Shown: piece by piece, positions 12,301 through 27,300 of the stretch
Layout of the letters: each line of letters begins with the position of its first letter
Numbering within the stretch: the stretch's first letter is position 1
The notes under the pieces: generated by a model
The model's database searches: none
What the model saw: the letters and a program-made list of their open reading frames with translations, nothing else
Told to the model about the DNA's origin: nothing
Assembly: GCF_964355755.1 (NCBI RefSeq)
Contig: NC_092670.1
Coordinates: 20,694,795 to 20,758,794 of the forward strand
Length of the DNA stretch: 64,000 nt
Direction: 5' to 3'
Source of the DNA: Antedon mediterranea
Lineage: Eukaryota > Animalia > Echinodermata
Program-made: the position numbers and the translations under genes

Positions 12301-15300
12301 TTCTTTCACCTGGTCTTTACTACGTAATGGAATAAAAGATTAGCTTGATGGTTTGTGTTAGATTGCTTGCCCCACTGTATCACTTTCATCCGATAACCTA
12401 CTTTGTGATAAATGCGGTAAATCCTACTAATGAAGTTCAACATTATACATAGTTTAGCAGTTAATCTCTTTTAAAAATTGTTAATTTTCTAGGTTCAAAC
12501 AGAGTTTATGTGAGTCATCATTTACCTACAAAAGCGATTTTTATACACGTTAATTTAAATTCATCCGATAGTGTACATGTAAATTGTAAAAAAATGTGTG
12601 TGGAAACATGGGAAAAATTGTACATTTGAATGTCGTACTGCCCTTTGTGATAATTTTATATTCTTTTTCTTCTCTGTTTAATTTATACTAAAATATAAAA
12701 ATTTATATAAATATTATTACTTTTAAGAATTTAAAAATATTTTTTAGATAATATATTTCCCATTAAGAGATTTGTTAACATATAACTATTTTTAATTTAT
12801 TATTTATCAATCACAATCTTTTCTTTAAAAAAAAATTGCTCCATAAAACCTGTTTAGTACTGGTTCTGGGCGAGCGAGACAGGAATCAATTTGAGGTCTT
12901 TGAAACCATTTAAATGATTGATACGTATTTTAGTGGATTCATTTTTACGAACAAGAAAAATACGTCCCCGAAAAGAAAGGTTTTTAATCATATTTTCCAC
13001 TCAATAGGAATGGTTCCTTTATCATTCAAAACTACATCAATTATTGTATACAGTGCAGTGATCTTATTTGTTACAGTTAATACTGTATTATACAGTAGTC
13101 CCACATGGAAGAATTTGTGAAACTACTGTATGATTTTCTCTGAGCCAGCAAAGTGACATTATGACCCTGGCAAAGATTTTGATTTCCAACAATTTTCCCT
13201 TTTTTGAAAAATAGATTATGCTATCTGTTTTGATATTACTTCCTGGTACAAGTATTACCTATTTATCTTAATAGTTATTTACTGTACAGTACTTTGTATA
13301 GAAGTATTGCAGTTTTATTAGTACCTAAACTTTGTATTTGAAAGTGTTCAGAAAGGAAGAATCACAATGTGTGCGGCGAAGCAGAGTTAGATAAATAGGA
13401 GGCGTGAATAAGCATTAAATAGGAGCCACACGCAACCACTGTTACACCTGTCTAGTTTGGGTGCACAATGCAATTCAGCTAATTGTTATAGTGTACCTGG
13501 CTGTGTTTTCCAGAAAGAAGAGCAAGGTGAATATTTGGTGCATTAGGCTGGTTCTGTAATATTTGACACTTTGAAGGAATGGACCAGATAGTTTAAATAG
13601 TTTTTTCCATTCCCCTCTCTAATAATAACATTGGATAATTATTTGAAATAACATGCAACTGATGATTCTATTTGTTAAAAAGTTTTTTTAACTTTGCTGC
13701 TGTAGTTTTTCCTGACCTTGTGCCATTGTATTATCAGTGTGAATTGCCACTTGGGATTTCAATTGAAGACTTCTCCAGGACTGTCAACCTCCGAAGGAAG
13801 CACTTCTATAGATTTAACTGCTTCCCCAACAGTACAATAATCTTCACATACCACAAGAAGTTCACAGGTACCGTACTGTAAAATACACAGTAAAAGGTAA
13901 AACTAGCAGACACAAGCAGGAAAGCTGGATTTCTGCTAATTATGTAAACATACGATCTGTTATTATACACATCATCAAGTCGTTAATACCGTTACTTTCA
14001 ACATTCGTTTTTGAATCACTGTTTAAATCACTTGGTACAGAAATAGCCAGCTAGTATTTTGATCTTGATAGAAGTTAGCCGATGTGACATTTAACGTGTC
14101 AGTTTGTTCTTATCTGTGATTTAAACCTTTCGTATTTACCAGCATTCACTTACGATTGGTTTACGTAGGAGATTATATTTTCTAACTTACAAAATAATAG
14201 TCTTAATCCTCGAGAATTGTAGTATCATTTAAGTTGCTCATGGTTTCTGAAGTGTTTATTGTATTTGGACATAATTTTCGTAAAAGAAGATCAACTACTA
14301 TCTTGTCTCATCATTGACATTTTCAAACAAACAAACATCTACAGCAGAGTTATAATTGATCATCTATTTTGTCACTGTGCTGATTGGTTTACATAACGAG
14401 TGGGTTTGATGCAGATTAGATATCAGTTGAGATTCTTCTCATTCAGCATGAAGCCACGACACACCAGGAAATGACAAAAAGAACTTTTGTAAACAGCGTA
14501 ATACGGTGCTTTACAAGGTGATACTTGACAGTTCCTGTGACTAGTTTTCTAAATGTGATATTAACGGGTGATAGGGAATTTCTACATTTTATATTCAGTT
14601 ACATGGTTTCCGAGGCCTGCTGAACAGTGTTATGCTTGCTGATGTGATTACAAAACTACTACAGTACACCACAGTATTCATTTCAAAACCAGGAAGAGGT
14701 ATAGCTTCATTGACTCTGTTTACCTTTACAAGAGTACAATGATTTACTGTCCAATGTCTGTTCGTGATTAATAGAAGAAAAAATGACATCACAGTTAGTA
14801 CAAGGATCTAAAAAGGAATTCCTAACCAGGCAGAAACCAATTTGCCAGTAGTACAGCAAGTTTACACACTTCAACAGGGCTGCAACACTGTGGGAAGTTG
14901 TATAATTATTTGTATCTATGCTGGACATTATTTTGACTGATGTACACTTTGTGTTTTGACTAAAAACAACGCTTTTGAGCCGTGACAGAATTTCTGTTAT
15001 TGATTTTTATTATATCTGGAATAGTGCGCAAATATTTAATCGAGCGAGACGGTATTATTGTATCATCGTTGATAGCACTGTGATTTTAGTTGTCTAATTA
15101 TTGCATAGTCCTAGTTCTACAGTATGGTGTTATGACTATTTTATAATTCTGTGTATAATATACTTTGGTTTGTAGTCTGTTTAAGTTAGCAAGTGTTACT
15201 GTTAGTACCATTCAAGCAGGACGTAGTCCACTATAAGCATCTGGCTCACATGACACGCATATCTGTATCTTAATTCTTGGATATTTCCTGTAAACTATTT

Positions 15301-15350
15301 CCATCGCTTTCTTTTTCTGATACTGTGGATAAAATTACTTTTTATTAAAA

Positions 15351-18300
15351 ATGCCGAAAAATAAGCGGCAAGAGAAATCGAGGTCGCAGTGGTACGTCGC
15401 CGATGATGATATCCCAAAGGAATTAAATGCCGTTCTGGAAAAGGAACGTATACCAAATGGTGTAGCATCAGAAGTGGATGGATTTCATTCCGCTAAAATT
15501 GATTTGGATAAAGTTGCCAGAGAAGAGAATAATAACCATGTCTCACCAGGTAAAAGATCTGATTAAGAAATCTTTTTAAAAATATTTATTTACTGCTGCA
15601 TTAATATAGCACTACTAATTGTTGGCAATGATTACAAAACAGGTAATTACAGAACAGTACTAACTGTATACACACCCTAGCACTGATAATTATATACAGT
15701 AGATTTTAATTAATATGCTACTAGTGTTGGAATAAACCTCTGGCTCTCGGGGATGAAGTCTCCACTGTGGATGAAGTCTCCACTGCCGTGGATGAAGTCT
15801 CCACTGCCGTGGATGAAGTCTCCACTGCCGGGGATGAAGTCTCCACTGCGGGGATGAAGTCTCCACTGCCGGTGATGAAGTCTCCACTGGGGATGAAGTC
15901 TCCACTGCCGGGGATGAAGTCTCCACTGGGGATGAAGGCTCCACTGGGGAAGAGTGTAAAAGAGGGTTGGAGCAAAAACATACCATTTCAGGCATGCAAA
16001 ATTTGTTATAGTCTGGTTTGAAGACTCTGAAGGAGATTGTTCCCGCCCACCACTGCATTGACATTGCCTCTTGTTTGTTTTAAGTAATTGTAGCTATACA
16101 GTATTTACATTCGCTCTTTTTATTTAGTAACACTAACAGCCTCTGGCCTATTCTACAAAGAGAAAATCCTTTTCAATTTCAGATATGGAAACAAAAGTTT
16201 CTATTTCAAAGTAAACTGTAGGCCTTGTCAACACGTTAGTTATTTTTATTTTCTTCCTGAATAATTTGTAATGTGCTTGAACCTGTACATGAAAACAAAA
16301 TAGAAAGTGCAATCAAACATCATATTTATCATTAACCAGAAAGATGTTATTGTAAATTGTTTCGTACATATGGCTGCCAATCAAAATTTAGTTTCAGTGA
16401 ACTTGTACCAGATCCAATGTAGTAACTATACACCAATGATTACAATATTATACACATTTTTTTATCACCCATTATGAAAGGATGATTTGTAAAAATAGGG
16501 GGACAGCTGTCTATAAATATGTAAAGATAAAGAGTACTGGAAAAAATTCAGACCATCAGTCGCCATGAACCATCAAAACATGGTGATTAACTACGATAAC
16601 TCTGGATATTATTACATGCTTTGAAGACCATAATATAAACAGTATACATAACATAGCTATGATTATATTGCTACTGTTTCATTCAACTAATTGGTTGTAG
16701 GCCTATCACAAGGTAATTATTTCTATAGTTAGTGCCTAGAGATTTCATTTTAATTTCAAGTATGTAGAGTAGTGAGCAGTCAGTCCACAGAACTGTATTA
16801 AAGTTCAAATTGTTCTCTATTGATTTAATTTGGACTTTAAAAAAAAGTTAGGGTGGGTGTTTAGCATCATATAAACTGTAATGTAAAATATAATTTTTAT
16901 AAACTACATTTATTTTAAATTTTTACGCCTAAATAATCATTTAAATCAGTGAGTGGTCGGCAATTGAATTCGATTGGGTTTTATTTTCAGGCTGCCATTT
17001 AACTGGTTACTGAAAATTTGTCCTGTTTCTGCTGCCAAGAAATTGGGGTAATTAATTCATAATATGGTTGATCCGGTTATGAAACAGGCCCTAATTTAAC
17101 TTGTATTGATCAATACTATACGCTAACATAATAACATGCTAATGTTCCTAATTAATTAGGCTATTCATATGATTTACCCACAATTTTCCTAGGGTGCTAT
17201 ACATTGTACATACTGTATATTATTTCCAATAGTACTGTACTTTGTATAAATAATTACAATGGTGGATTCTCTTTGAAAATTAAGTGAGTAAGCAACCATT
17301 TTGTCTGCATATTGCTATGTATTGCTATGAATATTTGTTTAATGACTACTGACAAATTTAAATGGTTTTACAGACATTATATTTAAGTACTGTAGTTGTA
17401 ATTTCAATTCTAATATCAACATGGTGAATTAAGTGCCAATAGAGATAGCAAATTAAACCTCCTAAACAATTTAGTTAGGTACAATAGACTGAGGTGTTCC
17501 TAAAAAACCTGAAAACTATTGAGGCCTAGGCCAAAGTATTATGGACGTCACCAGGGAGTTGTAAAATGCTAATTGTGCATTTGGAGGTGTTTTTCTCAAC
17601 CATATATTAAGCTTTAATTCAGGATCTAGTAATTACAGTACTGTACTTAGATTTGGCTTAACCCCACAATTGATACAATAAGTCTTTTGTTTAGGAAAGA
17701 TCTTCATTGAAATAACTCTTTTGTCCTTTGATAGTTTTACTGTCCTGCTTCTGATGGCCATTTGAATGAATCCTTCTTTCGTTTTTAAACAAACAAATAA
17801 AGGTGTTTTACTGATAGCTTTACCGTAAAAGTAGTATTGTAGCCTGTATGCTGAATACAGTAATCAGTATTAAATGTGCTTTCTATCTATAGCATCATTA
17901 TTGACCGTTATCTAAGTCTTCTTAATTTCTGGGAAATACTTTGTAGTGACTACCGTATATTTCGGTGTATAAGTCGCACCTGTGTATAAGACGCACCCCC
18001 AACTGAGAGTAAAATAGCGGTATTTTTTATATCGTCGATGTATAAGACGCACCTTATATTTCATCAAAACAATGTTTTTTTAAATTGTAATCAATATTGT
18101 AATAATATATTTTGTTATATCTACAACGGCGTCCTTTATTTAGGTTTTTTCTTACCTAGGCTCGGCGACGCCCAGCCTCAACAAGTTCTTTCTAACTTGT
18201 TATTCATGAGTTTCGCCGCAACATAAGAAGGGCTTGCGCTTGGGGTACGGCGATCGTGCGTATAACTACTGTATAAATAAATACTATTCCAATCGTACGT

Positions 18301-21300
18301 AAACGTTTACAAATGAAATTTTATCGGAGCGCCATAATGAACAAATCTTTTCATCATATTTAGTATAACATCATGCTAAAATGACTTGAAAACTAGGCAG
18401 AAGCAGGTTGCCGTTACGTTAGTTAGTTACTGTAGCTAGGCCTAGCCTACTCAGGCCTAGCAAACGAGGTGACGATAGCCTAGGCCTATGTACAATCTGT
18501 GTGGTGAGGCATTTATGTTCGGTGTATAAGACACACCCTTAATTTAGAGGTCAAATTTGCGTGTCAAAAGTGCGACTTATACACCGAAATATACGGTATG
18601 TGTTTTTACTCATCACTGTAGCTTGGTAGTATACAAGATACAAGATAACTTTATTGTCAAATAGTTCATTAACAAAAGATTTGAAATTGGTTTTTCTTAG
18701 TGGCAACTTTAATATAGTACTTAATAGTACCTCCTCCATTAAAGCCCCTCATATTGTAAATTTACAAAGCAAGAGTCTGATATTAAAAAGTACCTCAATT
18801 AATTTAATTTTCCCTAACCAGTTAAAATTATCAAGATGTAGCAACAATTAATGATGGTTATTGTTGAAGAAAAAAAACATTCATCAAGAATATAAACAAA
18901 GTATTTTTCAATTTTAGCAACATCCATTTTGAATAACAGTAATTTGTCATCATTTTTTTTTGTAAATGTAAGTAAATATTTGTCTATTGTAAATATACTG
19001 TAAATTATAATGGAAGACAAAAAACCATTCCTACAGATTTAATTTTATCATGTCATCTGATCATTGTCTATAGCGTGCCGTATTCGCATCTTTTCGCAAC
19101 GAATACATCGATTTGTCCACAGACTATTGTCGAAAACTAACTATAATTTTATTCACATCTCATTTCCTATTATTAAATTCATAAAGAGCATTTTTTTATT
19201 GCCATTTGTCGGTGTTCAGCAAAGCGTGTCATAATAACTGCATTGTTATTTTTCCATTTCCTCCTACTGTACTCTACGCCATCATCTTTTGTGATTCATA
19301 CAACATTTTTATTCATAGGGAAATCCTATTACGCATACTCCCCATTTAATTAAGCAAATTGTGATTCACAGGGTGGATCCCTGGGGACAGGACAATCTCC
19401 TCATCTCCTTCGCTAAATGTCCTTCACTACCAAATTATAACAATTCTTGTTGAAAATACATCAAGTGATTCATCAATGATTTAATTTCTATCTATTTTTC
19501 CCGCCAATACGTGACGCTAATTAATTCGGATGACTAATAATGCCATAAAAGACTGTTAAAGCGACTGGTAGGCACCACCCATGTTTGATGTAAGCGTGTA
19601 TTTTAATACAGGAAACATTGCGGTAGAAGACGCAATATGTACAGTGTAGTAGAGAATCTCAGTGACGAAAATATCCATCGGTTTTCTCCGTTATTAGGAT
19701 ATATGGGTCTGTACTGTAAGTTGATTTTTCTTAAATTGTACTAATTTGTGGTTTCACTGACAAGGTTTTTCCTTGGTAGAGAGGGGGGTCTTAGGTCACA
19801 TGGTTGATCCAGGGATCTTAAAGTGACAATTAGATTATATAATATTCTGTAATAATTCATATTGTATATATATTTATAGTGAAAGACAGTACTAGATCTG
19901 TAAAAAAAACCTGTTATTTGCATTTTGTAATAAATTTTTTTTTCAAAAAGAGGTAGGTTAGTGAAATGTTATACTGTAAACTAAAGGTGTGTATGTATAC
20001 TATACCATTACCATCACATTTTAGAAACTCTTCACATTTTGACATTGTGTTTCCATATTTTCATAAATTTCCATAAATACTGAAAAAAAAACTTTTCAAT
20101 AGCAGGCTGGTCAATAGAATAACATTTTTTTTTATGATATCACCTGTTATATTATAGATGTATTAATTATTTTTTTATTTTTTTTACTCTACCAAAATCA
20201 TCTCAGTTATTTTGTAGTAAACAAAATGAGATTTATTTTTACTGGTATATAAATGTTGTAATAGGTATCGGGTATCCAATCAAATTATGACAGCATTGAA
20301 ACTATTCCAGGAAGCCGGATTGGAATAAAAAAAAACACATGATCATACACTAATGTAACCACTCCATTGAATAAATAAACAATTAGACCAAGACCTATGC
20401 AGCTAATTGTCCCTCTGTCCTGCTGTTAAATATACTCAAGCTAGGCCCTGATAAAGTCATTATCAGAGGAAATGAGGCCACCTTTGAAGCCGCTTACACC
20501 CTGGGGTGAGGAACAATCTCTAGCTTATGCTATGCACATGGCCCTGGAAGGTCAGGCCCAATATATGAGTAAATATCAGATAAAATGACTAGAAAAATAT
20601 GTTTTTCTATATAGGATCTTAAACCTAGATCACAATACCTTTGGTGTGTGATGCCCCCTGCCAACTATTTAGCTGAAAAAGATGTAATACTCAGATAAAG
20701 TTCTCTAACTAAAGAGCCATAACAATGCCTTCAGCTATCATTTGTTTTCTTTTTAAAATTAGAATAGTATATTACTTTCACTGTAAATTTTAAAATAAAT
20801 ATCTTTAACTGAAAACATGTCTTCAAATAAGAGTTAATGAATATTATCACTGACAGATAATCTATTTTCTTATTGATTGCTTGAAGCATACCAATGCACT
20901 AAAGCTTTGACACGTACCAATTATTTATTTAGGAGAAATGCTTTCTTCTTAATGGATTGCTGGACGGTGTCTATGCAACTCCCTTTATTTCGTACTTTAG
21001 TATCTACAGTATAATTCATAGAAGGTGCTGAAATAAAATTGTGTTTCGTACTTAGTAAATTGTCAATGTCATAAACAATATGTTTTATACCTGGTGAAAT
21101 ACAATGTAAAAAATCAAAATTATCTTGAAGCCCCTATACAACCTCTTCATTTCATCTCAAGAAAAGAAAATCATTTTTACCAAGTAAATATCAAGCTCTT
21201 TTTAGTTTATTAAAATTATGTGGTGCTAACACAAGAAGCTGTATAATTCCTTTTCACTGCTTTTTAAATTTCATAAAAATAAAACATTTCTCTTAATTAA

Positions 21301-24300
21301 TTTAGCTTAATTTGTTTGAGTTTAATTAAAATTAATATGAGAATTGTTGATATGTAGGCTATAAAGTACAAATGGGAGGAGGTAAGAAAGTTACCTAATA
21401 ATGATGTAACCAGGAGTTCTATGAAATATTTTAATGATTAGAGTTCATTTATCCATGACATCTCTGACTAATGACTTCCTAAACACCTTAAGGCTAAAAT
21501 CTTGCCTACTCTCTTTCCTCAGATGTTATATCAATTATATTTATATACCAGCATTCAAATAATAGAAAAATGCTCTTCCATTGTCTCTGTCACCATCTCT
21601 GATTGGCCAAAATCTTTCTCTAGAGGAAACACTCTCTCTATTGCTATCTCTGATTGGCCGGAATCTCCAATAGAGGAAATAATATTAGGAGAAGGTTGTA
21701 CCACACATGTTGATAATCATGTCATATAACTACCTAGACCTTCAGTTGTCAGTTTGATATCTTTGACAGGAAAAAGCACTTGAAAGCACTTACCTTTTGT
21801 GTAGTTTTTTTGTGTGATAAGTAGTTTAGGTCTAACCTTTGGCGTGGACAGTAATTCAGACCTTTTTACTGGACATTTGGTCGCTTTCTTGGATTTTTCC
21901 GCCACCAGTGGATCGTTTATATACTGGATATTTGGCCAATTTTCTGGAGATTCTTTGATACTAATGTTTGTATGATACAAGTTTCATCATTGTTGTTATT
22001 CTTCTTGGAGTTTTATTAAGTTTCTTAACTTAACTAGGAGGTTGATATGTTTCCACTGCCAAATAAACTGACAGCGGGTGAGTTTTTAACAGTTAAACTT
22101 TTATTAAGAAAATAAGAGTACTAAAACTTAGAATAAAATAGTCTAAAAAATTAGTCTAAAATAGAGTCTTATTTATACTTACTAGTAAACAGTACAGTGG
22201 TATAGGACTTTAAATATTTAAATTCAATCTTTTTCCAGAAAACCATACTTTACTTATTGCGTGCATTTGTATGTAAAAGTGGAAATTAAAAAATATATGT
22301 TTTGAAAACTATACATCTGTAGTCCTACTTGAACACAGCATAGTTTGTTCCAAAACCCATTTCATTTATTTCAATTCAATGTATGTCTGTCGGAATTTAT
22401 CTTTCAAACAACAGGTCAGTTTTTGTTTCAAAGACCAGTTTGTACCTACAAATTTGGTTGGTACACTTGTACTTTGGATTCTATACATAATTATATAAAA
22501 TTAATATCTATCCTATCTGGAGGCCGCACTTAGTATTTGTGAATGTCTAACTAGATTTGAGTGAATGTTTTATGTAAAAAGCAAAGCGTATCAAGCAAAT
22601 AATGTCTGCTGCCCTCATGTTCTTGAGCTGTTAATACTTTCCAATCTATAGGAAACAAGTTCAATAGGAATAAAAGCTTTTTAGCCTTTTCCAGATGGTA
22701 TTGCAATAACATATATTATCCTCATACCATGAATAGTAATACAAATTTATATTTCAATGCTTGTTCTGTTCTTAGTGTACAGTGGTAGTTTGTATAAACT
22801 TTCTACTTTTATTATAAGCTTTTTTATTTGCATCACTGAATTGTTTTTCTCTTTCTCCATATTCTTTGTATTTTCAATTTCACCAAAATCGTGTTTTTCT
22901 GTCTGGTAAAACTGTTTCTGTTGTTTAAAATTTACATTTATAATTTGTAATTGCTATTCCTTCTTAATTTGTTTTCGTACGGTGCAAATCATTGTTACTT
23001 TTTTCGTTTCTTACAGATCTTACACCGGAGGAACTGAAGCTTCTAGAGGAGATACGTCGTACCAAACAAAGATTATTGAAAGAGATTCAGGTATTATTCA
23101 AATTTACTAATAGTAAAAGTCCATATATCAGGAAGGTGTAAAATAAAAATTTTGTTTTGGACCATATTTATTGAGGGTGATTCATCCAGCAATTGCTGAT
23201 CATTAGGGACCCTCAGAGGTTCACAAGACAAACATATACACAAGATTTTCTACATAAACAAAGTCTTATTACAAGTCTTTGGGAGTGAAGTTGTAATTTT
23301 GTCCTTAGAAAAAATCCTGACATGTGACGGGACTTAAACTCAGGACCCTTGGAATGGTAGCCATTATAACCACCAAGCCACAACTTCTCCCTGTTTAGAC
23401 TACTGTAGGTGCAAGACGTTTTAAACCACCTCTACCTTGCAAAACTAAAGCAGTAAACACAGTCTAAAGCTCTGTCTACACTATCAAACTCGTTCGACAA
23501 AAAGTGTGATGTGCCCAAATATGATATGACATCATTGTGTTCATATATGGGCACATCACCTTTTTTTTCACAAGTTTGATAGTGTAAACAGAGCTTTAAA
23601 GTGAGTGCCAACAATTGGCCTACAACTTGGTTGAAGTTTACATTTACGAGTTATTTATAGATTATTAGGCCTATTTTTCCTCTTTTGGTTTTGTTTTTTC
23701 ATCTATTAAACCTTTTTATTATAAAGGACTAAATGATTATCTTCCGAGCTTGCATGTCAGTGTACTATCACATATTTAGACTATTTGCCTGATATATATC
23801 CATTTTGGATTTTCCCTATACATTACTGTAAATTATACAAATATCATTTTTGTTTAATTTCGCAAGTTAATAACAGTATTTTACCTTGAATTGTACTTTT
23901 AAGACAAGCAAAATTTCTGTATTTTGTATGACAGGTTTTCAGAACACATTGATTACCTGATCTACAAATTAATAATAATTACACAAGTAAGATAACGAAA
24001 AGAATTGAGAAGTTATTTATTTTACTTCAATCCAAATCGAGAATTATTTTTATGATATACTGTATTCTTCTTTTTTAGAAATTTGAAGAATATTAGTATT
24101 ATTTAATAGTTGTGATATACTTACTTTTTTCTTATTATTTAAGTAAGTAAAAAAAAAAAATCACAGATGGATAATTTAAATGTATTGATTTTAAAGTTTT
24201 AGTAAATGGCATCCATTTGCATCAGTCTCAATTTTTGAATTTTTATGGTAGCTACTGTTGATCAAACAGATGTTTATTTCATGTTCAACTTTGTATGCAT

Positions 24301-27300
24301 AATTAAATCTAAATACGGAAGGAAGGATCGAATTCTAGTTTTTACACTGATAAAAAATACTCAGAATTCAAAAATATCCAAAGATAACTTAATGACTCTA
24401 TCAAGGAAGACAAATTTTACTTCAGCGTGTCGATCACTTGATTAACGTGTCATTTTCCATGCAAGGAAACGCTCAAGGTGCACCGTTTGTTGACAAGCTC
24501 GTTTAGTAATCCCACAACGGCCTTTATATGCTCATAACTTGTAGTTAATCAACGGACTGGAAGTCTGTAAAAGGTGGACTGTATTTGTGCGTGAACTTGG
24601 TTTCAGTTATATCACACAGCTACAGTACTACTCATATCCAAAGCTTCCTCATATATAGAATCTACGAGACTGAAGTGCTCGGTCGTTAATCAACTCCAGC
24701 AGTCTACATTAAAAATTGTCAACGTCTGTTTTTTCGAGCTTTGTTTTTTGTTATCTCATTTGATGTTCACTGTTAATAGGGAGCTGTTAATAGTTTCAGC
24801 AATCTACAATACTACACCTGTAATTCTCTAATTGCTTATAAAATGGAATCTATCAGCGTACCTGGCAAAATGAAATACTGTTTATAATCTGGATTAATTG
24901 TTGTTTCCAAGCAGTCTTTGTATCCACTTTACCTGTAAAACATCACCTTTTGGATTGTCCATAATTCCACACTGTTTTCCACATTTTCAAAGTGGAAAAT
25001 ATATATTTTCTGAAGTTGTTGCATACTTTTTCTGATCAAAATGTTGCATAAGAAGGATTTAAAGAAGAGAGCTGATATTATTAGAAACCCAAAAGGGCAA
25101 ATAATAAAGGGACCATATATACCTGCATACAAACTACCTAGGAATGATATACCTAGTAATATAGTTTCTATATTTGCAACAGTTTTAGGGGTAAGGTTTT
25201 TTTTCTGTATCTTTTATATAGCTTGCGTTAACATTTTAAAATGGATACAGTAGGGTAGGTAAGATACTTTTGTTAATTTCAGAGAGCATTATGTAATTTT
25301 TAAAAAGATATTATAGTAAATCTGATAATATTGGTCCATCATATAATAAAACAAAAATGTGTTTTGGAGGAGGACTGTTTTTTCCCTTAAGATTTGCTAT
25401 TTCTAATCAGAATTTGCAAATTACTGTATACTGCAGTACGGGTAGTTTTTATTTACTTTATTTCAGATAAAACGATTTAAAAATCTAAATATTAGGCCTA
25501 CAACTTTAGTTTAATGTATTTCTTCATTTTTTAAAAAGTTCACAAACTGCTTCCACCATTATATTAGTTTGAGACTTCCACCATTATATTAGTTTGAGAC
25601 TTTCCTTCAAGAGCTTTTATTCAACAGTTTACCTATCCCACTAGTTTACAGTACATCCTTGATAACTGTATCATGTGAATATGAACACATGATTAATAAT
25701 TTTTCTTCCTTATCAATATCATCCTTTAAAGAAAATCTTGATAAGGAATATACTAATTTTCACTTTCTAGTATACTTTAGTAGGGCTATCTGCAATGGAC
25801 AGATTAAAGTGGTATTTTGTGTGGGAGGAAAAGTTACCTGTTATGCAAATGAGTCACCAGCTAAATGCCCACCTGTATTGAATGTCACTTTTTTCTAGGT
25901 CACCATTAATTAACTGTAAACTTAGTAATCATCAAAATTGTTTATTTCACAGACAGAAATTCAATATTATCTATACAGTAGATGAGTTATCTAAATAAGA
26001 TGTTCTTTTTTTTCTTGTTCTGTTTCTTAGGAACTGGAAAATGAAATCTCAAATGTGAATACAGAGTTGGAAGGAATGGATCAATATGTTGGAAAGTAAG
26101 TATCTTACTGTATCAGATATTTTACTGCAGTATGCTATTCATTTACTGCAGCATAATTGTAAATTTTCTTAGCCATACTTCAATAATATTAAATTATTCA
26201 ATATTAAATTGCATTTAAAGAAATTTTAATTAACCAACATTTACTGTATTTCAGTTATTATATATTTGAAATTTATGAATGATCTCCGACTGAAAGTCCG
26301 AATAATAGATATTTTCTGTTGTTTTACTTTTTACTAATGTGGTACACTTTCAATGCACTACTATTATTATTATTATGATTGTAGTACACTGAAAGTATCT
26401 ATTTTTATTTCATCGTTTTTGTTTTTATTTATTATTTTATGTAGTAAATTGTATTAGTTTAAATGTATGTGTATTGTTTCTGGGGTCTTTCTCGAGACAA
26501 GAAACTTGATTTCTTCTAGCCAAATGATGGCTTTACTAATATTTTCATTTATGTACTCATCTATATATTATATTATATAACACCTATATAAATTCCTGTC
26601 ATTTGATTGGACGAATGTGGGTCACATGGCGTGCAATAGTACGCACTATTCAACGATCGTTAAATAGTACTTTTTGAAACATTTTTGTGTACGAAAAAAA
26701 AACGTCTAGATGTTATATAAAACAAATAATGAATGTTTTGTATTCGTGTAATGGTACAAATAATGGCACTTGGTGAATGATGAAAGGTTATATCAACTCG
26801 GCTTTGCCTCGTTGATATAACCTTTCATCATTCACCTCGTGCCATTATTTGTACCATTGCACTCATAAACATTCATTATTTGTATACTATATAATGCCAT
26901 TGTTGAACAAATAAATGTTTTTTGAATTTGAACTACAGTATGTCTAGTATTTTAAAATTCATATTATAAAATTGTTTATAGCTTTCTGTTGTTCACATAT
27001 GGTTTTTAAAAGTGTTGAACATCTTTGCATTAGAACGTTTTTCGTCATCATTGCTAATGACCTCGTCACTGACGTCAGTACATTTTAACACAATATTATT
27101 ATGCATAAAAAGCGAGCGAGTGTAACGTACTAGTTGTTCGCCGAGTAGTTTTAAACATTTAGCTAACTGTAAACTATGGACAAATTACATACTTCAACGT
27201 GACAGTAAAAATGTTAACATCTCGATAGAAAGGGAAACATGAGTGTGTTGAGGATTATTTTTTCATACTCAACTACAGTAGCTTATTTTATAATTAAAAC

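Noticed and set aside
15690-16064. Repetitive ORFs (VETSSPA, QWRLHPR, MKSPLPG)
   Set aside because: Translations of the intronic minisatellite; no splice support.
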